NCBI GenBank assembly: GCA_964500675.1 | Contig: CAZCNY010000003.1 | Location: 240,129 to 304,128 of the forward strand | Reading direction: 5' to 3' | DNA: 64,000 nucleotides | DNA from: an uncultured Verrucomicrobiaceae bacterium | Lineage (GTDB): Bacteria; Pseudomonadota; Gammaproteobacteria; Pseudomonadales; CAMLJR01 | In this document: piece by piece, positions 36,453 to 47,160 of the stretch | Numbering within the stretch: position 1 is the first letter of the stretch | Layout: every line of letters begins with the position of its first letter | Translations under genes and position numbers: made by a program | Notes under the pieces: generated by a model | Told to the model about the DNA's origin: nothing | Database searches by the model: none | What the model saw: only the letters and a program-made list of their open reading frames with translations

Positions 36453-36476
36453 TGCGGCAATGAGACGCTAAAGCGA

Positions 36477-37097
36477 ATGGAATTTTCTCGTACAGTTACA
36501 TTGGCGATCACAGGAGCATCGGGTGCGCAATACGGTTTGCGTCTGCTCGAATGTCTGCTCGCCGCGCGCTGCCGTGTGTATCTGCTGATTTCGGGTGCTG
36601 CGCAGGTCGTGCTTGCCACCGAGACCGATGTGCATTTGCCGGAATTTTCACAATGGCAAGCGTATTTCAGAGAGCGGTTTAATGTCGCCCCGCAACAACT
36701 AGAGATTTTTTCGCGCGATGACTGGATGGCGCCCGTCGCATCGGGATCGAGCGCGCCGGCCAGCATGGTGATCTGTCCGTGCAGCATGGGTACGTTGGCG
36801 GCGATTGCATGCGGTGTCAGCAACAATTTGATCGAGCGCGCGGCCGATGTGACGCTCAAGGAGCGGCGGCAACTGATTTTGGTGCCGCGCGAAATGCCGT
36901 ATTCGCAAATTCATTTGGAAAATATGTTGTCGCTGACCAAAATGGGCGCGCTGGTGTTGCCCGCGAGTCCTGGCTTTTATCAGCGGCCGGCGCGGGTCGC
37001 GGAACTTATCGATTTCGTCGTCGCGCGAATTCTCGATCAGCTCGGCATCGAACAGCATTTGCTGGCGCGTTGGGGTGAAAATCAAACGACGCAGTAA
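36477..37097 (+). CDS. ubiX: flavin prenyltransferase
   Basis: [24 protein letters not shown] and LILVPREMP are present. Confidence 0.92.
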   Translation: MEFSRTVTLAITGASGAQYGLRLLECLLAARCRVYLLISGAAQVVLATETDVHLPEFSQWQAYFRERFNVAPQQLEIFSRDDWMAPVASGSSAPASMVICPCSMGTLAAIACGVSNNLIERAADVTLKERRQLILVPREMPYSQIHLENMLSLTKMGALVLPASPGFYQRPARVAELIDFVVARILDQLGIEQHLLARWGENQTTQ

Positions 37098-37109
37098 TGG
37101 AGAAAAAGC

Positions 37110-37484
37110 ATGACGAACGACGCTGACTTTCTGCCCGCGGTTGGGCCGACAAAACCGGAACGCACATGGGCGATGCTGTGTCATCTGTGCATCGTCGCTG
37201 AAATTTTTTTGCCGATTCTCGTGTTGGGCCCGCTCGTGATCTGGCTGATAAAAAGCGATCAGTTGCCGTTCGTGAAAGTGCAGGGCAAGGAGGTGCTGAA
37301 TTTTCAAATCACATTATTTCTTGCGGGTATCGTCTGCTGGATCTTGGTGCTCGCATTGGGGCTTGGATTGTTGTTGATGTTCCTGCTGGGAATTTATTCG
37401 GTCATCGCCGGCGTGATCGGTGCGGTCAAAGTGAACGAAGGTGTGTCGTATCGCTACGCAATCAATTTGCGTCTGATCAGCTGA
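37110..37484 (+). CDS. DUF4870-family membrane protein
   Basis: TWAMLCHL...LGPLVIWLIK...VKVQGKEVLNFQITL matches the family pattern. Confidence 0.7.
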   Translation: MTNDADFLPAVGPTKPERTWAMLCHLCIVAEIFLPILVLGPLVIWLIKSDQLPFVKVQGKEVLNFQITLFLAGIVCWILVLALGLGLLLMFLLGIYSVIAGVIGAVKVNEGVSYRYAINLRLIS

Positions 37485-37786
37485 TGCGCGCTGCGAATAC
37501 CGCGATATCGAATTTCATGCCGTGCCGCGCGGGCTGCGGTGCGTGCTGCATCGCGCTCAGTATCAGTTCGGCGATTCCGGGTATGCCCAATGGCAAGCCA
37601 GCGGGTGTGCGTTGCGTGCAGCTCGACGACGAAAACCGTTGCCGCATTTTTGGTAAACCCGAACGTCCGCAGGTGTGCTCGGATTTTCAAGCGGAGCTTG
37701 AATTTTGCGGTACGACGCGCGCGGAAGCATTGGAGCGTATGTTTTCGCTGGAACTGATAACACGCACCGCAAGCGATGGCGCGTGA
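37484..37786 (+). CDS. YkgJ-family cysteine-cluster protein
   Basis: CRAGCGACC...RCVQLDDENRCRIF...VCSDF. Its start overlaps the upstream stop (TGATG). Confidence 0.7.
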   Translation: MRAANTAISNFMPCRAGCGACCIALSISSAIPGMPNGKPAGVRCVQLDDENRCRIFGKPERPQVCSDFQAELEFCGTTRAEALERMFSLELITRTASDGA

Positions 37787-37792
37787 CAGGGT

Positions 37793-38392
37793 GTGCGCAT
37801 GACTGAGCTGCCGTTGTTTCCATTGCGGTCGGTACTTTTTCCGTATGGACGCATACCGCTGCGCATTTTTGAGCCGCGCTATGTCGATTTGGTGCGCGAT
37901 TGCCTGAAGCGCGAACGCGAGTTCGGAGTGGTGTGGATTCGCGAGGGTGGCGAAGTGGTTGTCGATGCCGAGCACGCGATGCCGAAGCTCGGACAAATCG
38001 GCTGCACGGCGCGCATTGTCGATTGGGATGCGCTGCCCAATGGCCGTCTTGGTATCACGATCGAGGGCGGCGCTAAATTTCGCGTCCTCGCGACGCAGCA
38101 GCGGCCCGATTACCTCGTCGTCGCGGATATCGAGATGCTGCCAGCCGAGGAGGCGCTCGCGGTGCCTGAGCGCGCCTGCGATTTAATCGAATTGCTGCGC
38201 CAGTTGATCGCACATCCACTGGTCGCGCGCCTCAAACTGACACCGCAAACCGGCGATGCGGGCCGCCTGGCCGATCAGGTTGCGCAATTGCTGCCGATTC
38301 CCGAAGCGGAAAAGTTCGCGCTGCTGGCTGAAACCGATCCGTTGCGACGACTGGATCGCATGTTGCTTATCCTTGAACAGCTTTCGGATTGA
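37793..38392 (+). CDS. Lon N-terminal (LON substrate-binding) domain protein
   Basis: LPLFPLRSVLFPYGRIPLRIFEPRYVDLV is present. Confidence 0.8.
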   Translation: MRMTELPLFPLRSVLFPYGRIPLRIFEPRYVDLVRDCLKREREFGVVWIREGGEVVVDAEHAMPKLGQIGCTARIVDWDALPNGRLGITIEGGAKFRVLATQQRPDYLVVADIEMLPAEEALAVPERACDLIELLRQLIAHPLVARLKLTPQTGDAGRLADQVAQLLPIPEAEKFALLAETDPLRRLDRMLLILEQLSD

Positions 38393-38469
38393 TGGCCGCG
38401 CGGCTATTGGATTTATCTAACGGTAACACTAAGCGGATAGAGTGGCGGCATCAGCACAAGGGATGGCGA

Positions 38470-38988
38470 ATGACTCCTGTGATACTCGATATCGAAGCCT
38501 CGGGTCTTGGTCGCGGCAGCTACCCGATCGAGGTCGGCTATGTGGTGGCGGACGGCCGCAGCAATTGTTTGTTGATTAAACCGCTCGACGACTGGCGCAT
38601 GTGGAGCGCCGACGCCGAACAATTGCACGGTATTTCGCGCGCGCAATTGCAGTTGCACGGCCTCGATGTGGCCACCGTGGCGGAAACGCTTAACCGTGAG
38701 CTCGGCGGCATGACGGTATATTCCGATGCGTGGGGCAACGATCAGAGCTGGCTGGCGCTGCTATTCGATCGCGCCGAGCGCGCGCAGGGATTTCGGCTTG
38801 AAGCGCTGCGCGCATTGCTGAGCGAAACGCAGCTGAGTGTGTGGACGAAAACCAAGCAGGCGGTGGGGCGCGAGCTGGCGCTCGGCCGCCATCGCGCCAG
38901 CAACGACGCGCGCGTGCTTCAGCAAACCTATTTGCGCACGTTGAATGCCGGCGGCGATCTTCCAGTGCAGCGCGCCCTGCGTTTTTAA
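38470..38988 (+). CDS. DEDD-type 3'-5' exonuclease
   Basis: VILDIEASGL, YSDAWGNDQSW and HRASNDARVL are present. I prefer ATG 38470, which has an AGGGA RBS; the track start 38389 is a TTG. Confidence 0.65.
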   Translation: MTPVILDIEASGLGRGSYPIEVGYVVADGRSNCLLIKPLDDWRMWSADAEQLHGISRAQLQLHGLDVATVAETLNRELGGMTVYSDAWGNDQSWLALLFDRAERAQGFRLEALRALLSETQLSVWTKTKQAVGRELALGRHRASNDARVLQQTYLRTLNAGGDLPVQRALRF

Positions 38989-39089
38989 TGTTGCGTTTCC
39001 GAGTCGAGTAACATCCATCGGCGTGCATCCTCGTCGCGATGCGGCTAGCATGCAGTAGACAGCGAATGCAGCTGATGGTGAGGTGTTTT

Positions 39090-39965
39090 GTGAGCAAAGT
39101 ACTCGATGATGTTATCGCGGCCAATCGCCTTGAGCGGCTCGATGATAATCTGTTTCGCGGCTACGGCAATTGGGGGCCGGCGGTCCGACTTTATGGCGGT
39201 CAGGTGATGTCGCAGGCGATGAGTGCCGCACAGCAAACCGTGCAGGGCAATTTCATTCTGCATTCGATGCATGCTTACTTCATGCGTCCGGGCGATCCCA
39301 AGCGCGCGGTGATTTACGATGTCGAACTCATTCGCGACGGCAAGAGTTTTTTTACCCGGCGTGTCACCGCGCGCCAATACGGTCACGCGATTTTCAGTTG
39401 TCAGCTCTCCTATCAGAAACCCGAACAGGGTTTTGATCATCAGGCGCCGATGCCGCAGGTGGTCGGCCCCGAAGAGTTGCGCAGCGAGGCGGAGTATCTA
39501 GCGGGGGAGTTTCGGCGCGGCGCGTTGTCCGTACCCGAGAAGAGCGTGCCGACTGAGTGGCCGATCGAGTTTCGCGCCATCGACCCGGTCGATTTCCGCC
39601 ATCCCAAGCCGCAGGCGCCGCTCAATCGCGCCTGGGTGCGCGCGCCCACGCCCCTGCCCGACGATCTTGCGCTGCATCAGCAATTGCTGGCGTTCGCTTC
39701 CGATCACAATATTTTGATCACCGCGCTGCGGCCGCATGGCGTGACTTTCATGACGCCAGGCCTGCAATTCGCCACGATTGATCACGCGATCTGGTTTCAC
39801 CGCCCGTTTCGCATCGACGACTGGCTGCTCTACGAAACCGAAAGCCCCTCGGCATCGAATGCGCGCGGTTTTGCGACCGGGCGGGTGTATCGACGCGACG
39901 GGACTCTCGTGGCATCGGTGACCCAGGAAGGTTTGTTGCGCCAGCATTCACTCCTACCTGAATAG
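39090..39965 (+). CDS. tesB: acyl-CoA thioesterase II
   Basis: LERLDDNLFRG...GGQVMSQA...HSMHAYFMRPGDPKRAVIYDVELIRDGKSF parallels E. coli TesB. The start is uncertain: GTG 39090, ATG 39066 or ATG 39075. Confidence 0.85.
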   Translation: MSKVLDDVIAANRLERLDDNLFRGYGNWGPAVRLYGGQVMSQAMSAAQQTVQGNFILHSMHAYFMRPGDPKRAVIYDVELIRDGKSFFTRRVTARQYGHAIFSCQLSYQKPEQGFDHQAPMPQVVGPEELRSEAEYLAGEFRRGALSVPEKSVPTEWPIEFRAIDPVDFRHPKPQAPLNRAWVRAPTPLPDDLALHQQLLAFASDHNILITALRPHGVTFMTPGLQFATIDHAIWFHRPFRIDDWLLYETESPSASNARGFATGRVYRRDGTLVASVTQEGLLRQHSLLPE

Positions 39966-40001
39966 GTGCGCACGCGTATAATCGCCTCGGAAGTTTTAGT
40001 T

Positions 40002-40022
40002 CCCTCTCCCTGCGGGAGAGGG
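40002..40022. repeat. REP-like hairpin CCCTCTCCC-TGC-GGGAGAGGG
   Basis: A perfect 9-bp stem lies between tesB and proA. Related copies are at 52931-52969 and, in degenerate form, at 50211-50236. Confidence 0.6.
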
Positions 40023-40049
40023 GAGTAATAAAGTTTTGTAGGTAACGCG

Positions 40050-41306
40050 ATGGACGTGAAATCGTATATGCAATCTCTCGGGCGCGCGGCGCGACAGGCA
40101 TCGCGTGTGCTTGCGCGCGCGGAAACGGCGCAGAAAAATCGCGCGCTGCTCGCTACGGCGGACGCCATCGCCGCGCAGTGCGAAGCCATTCTTGCGGCGA
40201 ATCGCAACGATATGGAGCGCGCTGCTGCCAATGGTCTCGACAGCGCCATGCTCGATCGGCTCGAACTCAAACCGAAAAGCATCGAGGCGATGATCGAAGG
40301 TTTGCAGCAGGTCGCCGCGCTGCCCGATCCGATCGGCGCCATCACCGATCTTGTCTATCGCCCCAGCGGCATTCAGGTCGGCCGCATGCGCGTGCCGCTC
40401 GGCGTCATCGGCATCATTTACGAAGCGCGTCCCAACGTCACGGTCGATGCCGCGAGCCTGTGTTTGAAATCGGGCAACGCGACGATTTTGCGCGGCGGCT
40501 CGGAGGCGATCGAATCGAATCGCGCGATTGCGCAATGTCTGCGCGGTGGACTCGTCGCCGCAGGTTTACCGGAAACGGCGGTGCAGGTGGTCGACACCAC
40601 CGATCGCGCCGCGGTCGGCGAATTGATCGCGATGCCGGAATTCGTCGATGTCATCGTGCCGCGCGGCGGCAAAGGTTTGATCGAACGCATTTCGAAAGAT
40701 GCGCGCGTGCCTGTGATCAAACATCTCGACGGCATCTGTCATGTCTTCATCGACGACAGCGCCGATCTCGATAAAGCATTTCGCGTGGCGATGAATGCAA
40801 AAACGCAGCGCTACGGCACGTGCAACACAATGGAAACCTTGCTCGTCGCGAATGCTGTTGCGCCGAAAATTTTGCCGCGCCTCGCTGAAGCGCTGATCGA
40901 AACAGGCGTCGAACTGCGCGGCTGCGAACGCACGCGCGCGCTTATTGCAAACGCCAAGGCGGCAACGGAAGAGGATTGGCGCACCGAATATCTCGCGCCG
41001 ATTTTATCGATTCGCATCGTCGACACGCTCGACGACGCCATCGACCACATCAACACCTACGGCTCGCAACATACCGACAGCATCGTCACGGAAAATTACA
41101 CGCGCGCGCGCCGCTTCCTGCGCGAAGTCGATTCGAGCTCGGTGATGATCAACGCCTCGACGCGGTTTGCCGATGGCTTCGAATACGGTCTCGGCGCCGA
41201 GGTCGGTATTTCCACCGATAAATTTCACGCGCGCGGGCCGGTCGGCCTCGAAGGTCTCACCTCGCAAAAATTCGTCGTGCTCGGCGATGGCCACGTTCGT
41301 CAATAA
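40050..41306 (+). CDS. proA: glutamate-5-semialdehyde dehydrogenase
   Basis: 418 aa, colinear with ProA ([26 protein letters not shown]). Confidence 0.95.
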   Translation: MDVKSYMQSLGRAARQASRVLARAETAQKNRALLATADAIAAQCEAILAANRNDMERAAANGLDSAMLDRLELKPKSIEAMIEGLQQVAALPDPIGAITDLVYRPSGIQVGRMRVPLGVIGIIYEARPNVTVDAASLCLKSGNATILRGGSEAIESNRAIAQCLRGGLVAAGLPETAVQVVDTTDRAAVGELIAMPEFVDVIVPRGGKGLIERISKDARVPVIKHLDGICHVFIDDSADLDKAFRVAMNAKTQRYGTCNTMETLLVANAVAPKILPRLAEALIETGVELRGCERTRALIANAKAATEEDWRTEYLAPILSIRIVDTLDDAIDHINTYGSQHTDSIVTENYTRARRFLREVDSSSVMINASTRFADGFEYGLGAEVGISTDKFHARGPVGLEGLTSQKFVVLGDGHVRQ

Positions 41307-41346
41307 CATGCGCGCCGATAGCGAATTTTTGTTAATGACTGCGCAT

Positions 41347-41388
41347 GCGTTGTGCGTTATGCATTGGGCATTGGGCATTGGGCGTTGC
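41347..41388. repeat. heptanucleotide tandem array (6 units, 3 of them perfect GCATTGG)
   Basis: GCGTTGT GCGTTAT GCATTGG GCATTGG GCATTGG GCGTTGC, between proA and nadD. Confidence 0.75.
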
Positions 41389-41413
41389 GCGGTTGAATAA
41401 CCTTGAGCGTAGC

Positions 41414-42088
41414 GTGGGCAGCGCTGAGCGAGCCATAAACAGCTCTGAGTCTGCGATAGCCAGCCTCGCGATTTTCGGCGGGACCTTCGATCCCATCCAT
41501 ATCGGCCATCTGCGCTCGGCGATCGAAGTGCGCGAGCTGCTCGCGTGCGATGAATTGCGTTTCATTCCGAGCTGTCAGCCACCGCACCGCGCCGAACCCA
41601 TCGCAACTAGCGAGCAACGCTTGCGCATGCTTGAACTCGCGATTGGCGATGAACCGAGGCTGGCAGTCGATGCGCGCGAAATCGAACGCAACGGACCTTC
41701 CTATACCATCGATACGCTGACGGAGTTGCGCGCAGAAATCGGCGCTCAATGCGCGCTGTATTTAATTCTTGGTATGGACGCTTTCGCGAGCCTCGCTACT
41801 TGGAAGCGCTGGCGCGAATTGTTGAGTTTCGCTCATATCGTGGTGATGCAACGGCCCGGGCGCGAGTTGCCGAAAAGTGGAGCCGTGGCGGAGTTGTTAC
41901 AGCAGCACCGCGTCGATGCTGCGGCTTTGCGCACCGCCGCCCACGGCGCGATCGCGGTGGTGCAATTGACGCGACTGCCGATTTCTGCGTCGGCGATCCG
42001 CGATTTGATTCGCTCGCAGCGCTCACCGCGTTACCTGTTGCCCGATGCGGTTTTGCAGTTCATTCGCACCAACCGTTTGTATATCTAA
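41414..42088 (+). CDS. nadD: nicotinate-nucleotide adenylyltransferase
   Basis: IFGGTFDPIHIGHL is present. The start is uncertain: GTG 41414 is preferred, because the track's ATG 41345 would place the heptamer array inside the CDS. Confidence 0.85.
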   Translation: MGSAERAINSSESAIASLAIFGGTFDPIHIGHLRSAIEVRELLACDELRFIPSCQPPHRAEPIATSEQRLRMLELAIGDEPRLAVDAREIERNGPSYTIDTLTELRAEIGAQCALYLILGMDAFASLATWKRWRELLSFAHIVVMQRPGRELPKSGAVAELLQQHRVDAAALRTAAHGAIAVVQLTRLPISASAIRDLIRSQRSPRYLLPDAVLQFIRTNRLYI

Positions 42089-42121
42089 ATGCTATTTTTT
42101 TAAGGAGATACCATTTCCAAT

Positions 42122-42496
42122 ATGACCACCGACGAATTGAAACCAATCGTAATCGCCGCGCTCGAAGATTTGAAAGGGCGCGAAATTGTCGCGCTCGATG
42201 TGCGCGCGCTCACCAATGTTGCCGATTGCATGATTTTTTGCAGCGGCACGTCGAATCGCCACGTCAAATCGCTGGCCGACAATGCGATGATGGAAGCAAA
42301 AAAACGCGGCGCGCATGTGCTCGGTGTTGAAGGCGAAGACGCGGGCGAGTGGGTGCTCGTCGATTTCGGCGATATCGTGCTGCACGTCATGCTGCCGGAG
42401 ACGCGTGCGTTTTACGATCTCGAGCGCATGTGGTCGGCGCCGGCGACAGCGCGCGAGACCGAGTCCGCGAAAACCGAGTCGACACAAAAGCAATAA
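42122..42496 (+). CDS. rsfS: ribosome silencing factor
   Basis: DLKGREIVALDV...CDCMIFCSGTSNRHV-type pattern and DFGDIVLHVM are present. Confidence 0.92.
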   Translation: MTTDELKPIVIAALEDLKGREIVALDVRALTNVADCMIFCSGTSNRHVKSLADNAMMEAKKRGAHVLGVEGEDAGEWVLVDFGDIVLHVMLPETRAFYDLERMWSAPATARETESAKTESTQKQ

Positions 42497-42502
42497 CAGC
42501 CA

Positions 42503-43003
42503 ATGCAAGTTCGTTTGATTGCGGTGGGCACGCGCATGCCTGGCTGGATCGAGGCCGGTATCGCTGAATACCGCAAGCGTCTGCCGCCCGAAATTCAATT
42601 TGAAATTCGCGAAATCGCACTCGCGCAACGCAGTAAAAAAAACAGCGGCCAAAAAAACGGCGGTAATAATGCCGATATCGCGCGGGCGTTGCAGCAAGAG
42701 GGTGCCGCGATGGCAGCGGCGCTCGGCGCGCGCGATTACGTGATCGCGCTCGATGTCAAAGGCAAAATGTTATCCACCGAACAATTCGCGATCGAGCTTG
42801 CGCAGTGGCAGCGGCACGGCGATGCGATCAGTGTGCTGGTCGGTGGCCCCGACGGTTTGGCGCCCGCATGTCTTGAGCGCGCGCGGCAGCGCTGGTCGTT
42901 GTCGGCGCTGACGTTGCCGCATCCGCTCGTGCGCGTGGTGTTCGCCGAGCAGTTGTATCGCGCCTGGAGCATCAACAGCAATCATCCCTACCATAGAGGT
43001 TAG
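42503..43003 (+). CDS. rlmH: 23S rRNA (pseudouridine1915-N3)-methyltransferase
   Basis: It follows the SPOUT pattern, ending LSALTLPHPLVRVVFAEQLYRAWSI. Confidence 0.92.
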   Translation: MQVRLIAVGTRMPGWIEAGIAEYRKRLPPEIQFEIREIALAQRSKKNSGQKNGGNNADIARALQQEGAAMAAALGARDYVIALDVKGKMLSTEQFAIELAQWQRHGDAISVLVGGPDGLAPACLERARQRWSLSALTLPHPLVRVVFAEQLYRAWSINSNHPYHRG

Positions 43004-43046
43004 GGAATCTGACTAATATCTATTGCGATGTTTGAAACTGATTGGC

Positions 43047-44927
43047 ATGACCGAACGACTCGTTCTTAAAGATCCTTACAGCGAAGTGCGCACGTTCACC
43101 GCGCGCATGATCGTCGCCGCGATGGTTGTGCTGGTGCTGTTCGGCGTGCTCGTTTTTCGCTATTTCGATTTGCAAATCAAACAGTACGAAAAATACCGCA
43201 CCGAATCGTATCGCAATCGCGTACAGCTGCAACCGCTGCCGCCCAAGCGCGGCCTGATTTACGATCGCAATGGCGTGGTGCTTGCCGACAATACGCCGAG
43301 TTACAGTCTTACGATCACCAAGGAGCAGGTGCCCGATCTCAATAAAACGATCGCGCTATTGCGCTCGCTGATAACGATCGACGATGACGATGTCGATAAA
43401 TTCATGGATCGCCTCGAAGATCGCTATCCGTATGAATCGGTGCCGATAAAATTCCGCCTCACCGAAGAAGAAATCGCGGTGCTCGCGATCAATCGCTATC
43501 GCTTGCCCGGCGTTGAAGTCGAGGCCGAACTGGTGCGCAGTTATCCGCACGGCGCATTGCTCGCGCATGCGCTCGGCTATGTCGGCCGCATCAGCGAAAA
43601 AGATTTGAAATCTTTCACGGCAGACCAGGCGCAGAATTACAGCGGCACGCACTATATCGGCAAAATCGGCGTCGAACGCTATTACGAAGATGTGTTGCAC
43701 GGCAAAGTCGGCTATCAAAATGTCGAAACCAACGCGCGCGGCCGTGTGTTGCGCGTGCTCGAACGCAGCGAAGCGACACCGGGCGAAGATATTCAATTGT
43801 ATCTCGACGTGAAGTTGCAGAAAGTCGCGCAGGAGGCATTTGGCGATAATCGCGGCGCGGCCGTTGCAATCGATCCGAAAACGGGCGGCGTGCTCGCGCT
43901 GGTGAGCACGCCATCGTTCGATCCGAATTTATTCGTCACCGGCATCAGCAACCCGGTCTACGCCGCGCTGCGCGATTCGCCCGATATGCCGCTCTTTAAT
44001 CGCGCGTTGCAGGGCACGTATCCGCCTGGTTCGACGATAAAACCAATCTACGCGCTCGCGGGTTTATTTTACGGCGCGGTGACGCCGACAACGCATGTGT
44101 TCGATCCCGGTTTTTATCAATTGCCGAACGATACGCGCCTCTATCGCGATTGGCGCAGAGGCGGTCACGGCAGCGTCGATGTGTACGATGCCATCGAGCA
44201 ATCGTGCGATGTGTATTTTTACGATCTCGCGCATAAATTAACTATCGATAAGCTGCACGACTTCGCCGTACAATTTGGCTTCGGTGCGCCAACCGGTATC
44301 GATAACACGTACGAGCGCGGAGGTTTGATGCCATCGCGCGAATGGAAACGCAAAACCATGAAGCAGGCCTGGTTTCCGGGCGAAACCTTGAGCGCGGGCA
44401 TCGGCCAGGGTTATGTGCTCGCGACACCGCTGCAGCTTGCCGTCGCCACCGCGACGATTGCCAACCGCGGCGAACGCTTCGAGCCGCGCCTCGTCAAAAG
44501 TGTCGGCGGTCACGATATTCCCGTGCCCGCGGCACAACACATCGATTTACCGAAAGACGTGTGGAACGCGGTCATCGAAGGCATGCGCGAGGTTGTGCAC
44601 GGCGAGCGCGGCACTGCGAAAGTCATCGGCAAAGATTTGGCGTATACGATGGCGGGCAAAACGGGTACCGCGCAGGTGGTGGGTTATGCGCAGGGCATTA
44701 AATACGACGCCTCGCAGGTCGCGTTGCGCAAACGCGATCATGCGTTATTCATTGCATTTGCTCCCGTCGAAGATCCGAAAATCGCCATCGCCGTCATCGT
44801 CGAAAACGGCGAACACGGCGCGTCCACGGCGGCGCCGATCGCACGTAAAATCGCCGATATGTATTTGCTTGGCGCCGAACAAAAACACAGCGACGAAAAA
44901 ATCGAGAGCGGAGGTTCGCTCGAATGA
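43047..44927 (+). CDS. mrdA: penicillin-binding protein 2 (elongasome transpeptidase)
   Basis: PGSTIKP (the SxxK motif) and KTGTAQ are present. It has an N-terminal TM helix and is adjacent to rodA. Confidence 0.92.
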   Translation: MTERLVLKDPYSEVRTFTARMIVAAMVVLVLFGVLVFRYFDLQIKQYEKYRTESYRNRVQLQPLPPKRGLIYDRNGVVLADNTPSYSLTITKEQVPDLNKTIALLRSLITIDDDDVDKFMDRLEDRYPYESVPIKFRLTEEEIAVLAINRYRLPGVEVEAELVRSYPHGALLAHALGYVGRISEKDLKSFTADQAQNYSGTHYIGKIGVERYYEDVLHGKVGYQNVETNARGRVLRVLERSEATPGEDIQLYLDVKLQKVAQEAFGDNRGAAVAIDPKTGGVLALVSTPSFDPNLFVTGISNPVYAALRDSPDMPLFNRALQGTYPPGSTIKPIYALAGLFYGAVTPTTHVFDPGFYQLPNDTRLYRDWRRGGHGSVDVYDAIEQSCDVYFYDLAHKLTIDKLHDFAVQFGFGAPTGIDNTYERGGLMPSREWKRKTMKQAWFPGETLSAGIGQGYVLATPLQLAVATATIANRGERFEPRLVKSVGGHDIPVPAAQHIDLPKDVWNAVIEGMREVVHGERGTAKVIGKDLAYTMAGKTGTAQVVGYAQGIKYDASQVALRKRDHALFIAFAPVEDPKIAIAVIVENGEHGASTAAPIARKIADMYLLGAEQKHSDEKIESGGSLE

Positions 44928-44956
44928 CGGTTAATTTAAACGATGGGTTTATTTAG

Positions 44957-46102
44957 GTGAAATACGGCGATTTCGTGCGCAGTATGCCGGCGGGCACCGC
45001 GGATTTGTCGCGGCGGCCGAGCTTGCTGGCGCGGCTCAATATCGACTGGCTTTTGTTGTTGATCTTGCTCGCGCTGACCGCCTATGGGCTCATTGTTTTA
45101 TACAGCGCCAGCGATCGCAGTATCGCCACCGTGTACAAGCAGGGGCGATTTTTTCTGATCGCGTATGTATTGATGGTGTTCATCGCGCAACTCGATCTTG
45201 AGCGCGTGAAGCGTTTTGCGCCGTGGGTTTATCTCGGCGGTTTGGTTTTGTTGTTGCTCGTGCCGGTGATCGGGTCGCACGCGAAAGGCGCAACGCGCTG
45301 GCTCAGCATCGGCGGTTTTCAATTTCAGCCGTCGGAAATCATGAAGCTCGCGGTGCCGATGGCGGTGGCGTGGTATCTCGCTTCGCGCGTGTTGCCGCCG
45401 CGGTTTAAATATATCGTCGTCGCACTGGCGATAATTTTCATTCCGGCGCTGCTCGTTGCGAAGCAGCCGGATTTGGGCACGGCGATTTTGATCGCGGCGG
45501 CCGGCTCGTTCGTATTATTGCTCGCGGGTTTGAGTTGGCGCTATCTGACCGCGGCGGTAGCAGTGTTTGGTGCGGCTGCATATCCGCTGTGGCAATACGT
45601 GCTGCACGATTATCAACGCAAACGCATTCTGACGCTGCTCGATCCCGAAGAAGACAAACTCGGCGCCGGCTGGAATATTATTCAATCGAAAACCGCGATT
45701 GGCTCCGGTGGTTTTTACGGCAAAGGCTGGTTGCACGGCACACAATCGCACCTCGATTTTTTGCCGGAAGGCCACACCGATTTTATTATCGCGGTGTTGT
45801 CGGAGGAGTGGGGGTTGCGCGGCGTGTTATTTTTACTCACGCTTTATTTGGCGCTGATCGCGCGCGGGATGTGGGTCGCCGTGCATGCGCAGCACTGTTT
45901 CGCGCGCTTGCTGGCGGGCTCGATGGTGCTCACATTCGTCGTCTACGTGTTCGTCAACATGGGCATGGTGGCGGGGCTGCTGCCGATCGTCGGTGTGCCG
46001 TTACCGCTGATCAGTCAGGGCGGCACCGCGCTTGTTATTTTATTTGCGGGCTTCGGTTTGTTGATGGCTATTGCGAGCGAAAAGCGCATTGTGGTGCAAT
46101 GA
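44957..46102 (+). CDS. mrdB: rod shape-determining SEDS glycosyltransferase RodA
   Basis: Polytopic membrane protein. Motifs QPSEIMKL, DFLPEGHTDFI and PLPLISQGGTA are present. Confidence 0.92.
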   Translation: MKYGDFVRSMPAGTADLSRRPSLLARLNIDWLLLLILLALTAYGLIVLYSASDRSIATVYKQGRFFLIAYVLMVFIAQLDLERVKRFAPWVYLGGLVLLLLVPVIGSHAKGATRWLSIGGFQFQPSEIMKLAVPMAVAWYLASRVLPPRFKYIVVALAIIFIPALLVAKQPDLGTAILIAAAGSFVLLLAGLSWRYLTAAVAVFGAAAYPLWQYVLHDYQRKRILTLLDPEEDKLGAGWNIIQSKTAIGSGGFYGKGWLHGTQSHLDFLPEGHTDFIIAVLSEEWGLRGVLFLLTLYLALIARGMWVAVHAQHCFARLLAGSMVLTFVVYVFVNMGMVAGLLPIVGVPLPLISQGGTALVILFAGFGLLMAIASEKRIVVQ

Positions 46103-46155
46103 TTTTTATTCGGGTCGAGATTTGATCCGTGATTAATTTTGATAGGCAGTTGTGA

Positions 46156-47160
46156 ATGCAGCGTACTCGAACCGGAAAAAAACTAGCGCCGGTGCTCGGC
46201 AAAATAGCGTTGTGCATGTCATTCGCGCTCCCGGCGTTGGCGGATTACAGCGAGCATCCGCTCGCGAAAGATTTTGTCGATGATATGGTGAAACAGCACG
46301 GCTTCAAGCGCGAAGAAATCATGCAGATGCTCGCACGCGCCGAGCGTCAGCAATCGATTCTCGATGCGATCGCGCGCCCTGCGGAAAAGGCCAAGCCGTG
46401 GAAGGACTACCGCAAATTATTCGTGACCAACGATCGCATCGTGCAAGGTGTGGCGTTTTGGCGCGATCATGCCGCGGCGCTCGCGCGCGCCGAGCGCGAA
46501 TCGGGAGTGCCTGCATCGATCATTATTGCGATTCTCGGCGTGGAAACGCGCTACGGCCGCAACACCGGCAATTACCGCGTGCTCGACGCACTGTCGACGC
46601 TGAGTTTCGATTATCCGCCGCGCGCCGATTTCTTTCGCGGTCAGCTCGCCGAGTTTTTTCTAATGGCGCGCGAACAAAAATTCGCACCCGATCATATTCT
46701 CGGCTCGTACGCGGGGGCGATGGGCTTCGGACAATTCATGCCGAGCAGCTATCGCAAATACGCGGTCGATTTCGATGGCGATGGCGTCATCGACATCATC
46801 AACGATATCGATGACGCGATCGGCAGCGTCGCCAATTACCTCAAGGGTTACGGCTGGCAGCGCGGCGCGCCGATCGCGGTGCGCGCCGCGGTGCAGGAAC
46901 CATTGCCGGATGGCTTATTGCGCGAAACGCTCGAACCCGTGACGACGCTGCGCGATTACAAAGCCAAAGGCATTGCGCCGCAAACTGCGCTGCCCGAGGA
47001 TACGCGTGCCGCGCTATTCATGCTGGAGGGTGACAATGGCAATGAGTATTGGCTCGCGCTGAATAATTTTTATGTGATTACGCGTTACAACCGCAGTCAA
47101 CTGTATTCGATGGCGGTGCTGCAATTGAGTCAGGAGATTAGCGCCCAGTGGTCGCGCTGA
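46156..47160 (+). CDS. mltB: lytic murein transglycosylase B
   Basis: ILGVETRYG and GSYAGAMGFGQFMPSSY are present, with a signal peptide. Confidence 0.88.
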   Translation: MQRTRTGKKLAPVLGKIALCMSFALPALADYSEHPLAKDFVDDMVKQHGFKREEIMQMLARAERQQSILDAIARPAEKAKPWKDYRKLFVTNDRIVQGVAFWRDHAAALARAERESGVPASIIIAILGVETRYGRNTGNYRVLDALSTLSFDYPPRADFFRGQLAEFFLMAREQKFAPDHILGSYAGAMGFGQFMPSSYRKYAVDFDGDGVIDIINDIDDAIGSVANYLKGYGWQRGAPIAVRAAVQEPLPDGLLRETLEPVTTLRDYKAKGIAPQTALPEDTRAALFMLEGDNGNEYWLALNNFYVITRYNRSQLYSMAVLQLSQEISAQWSR

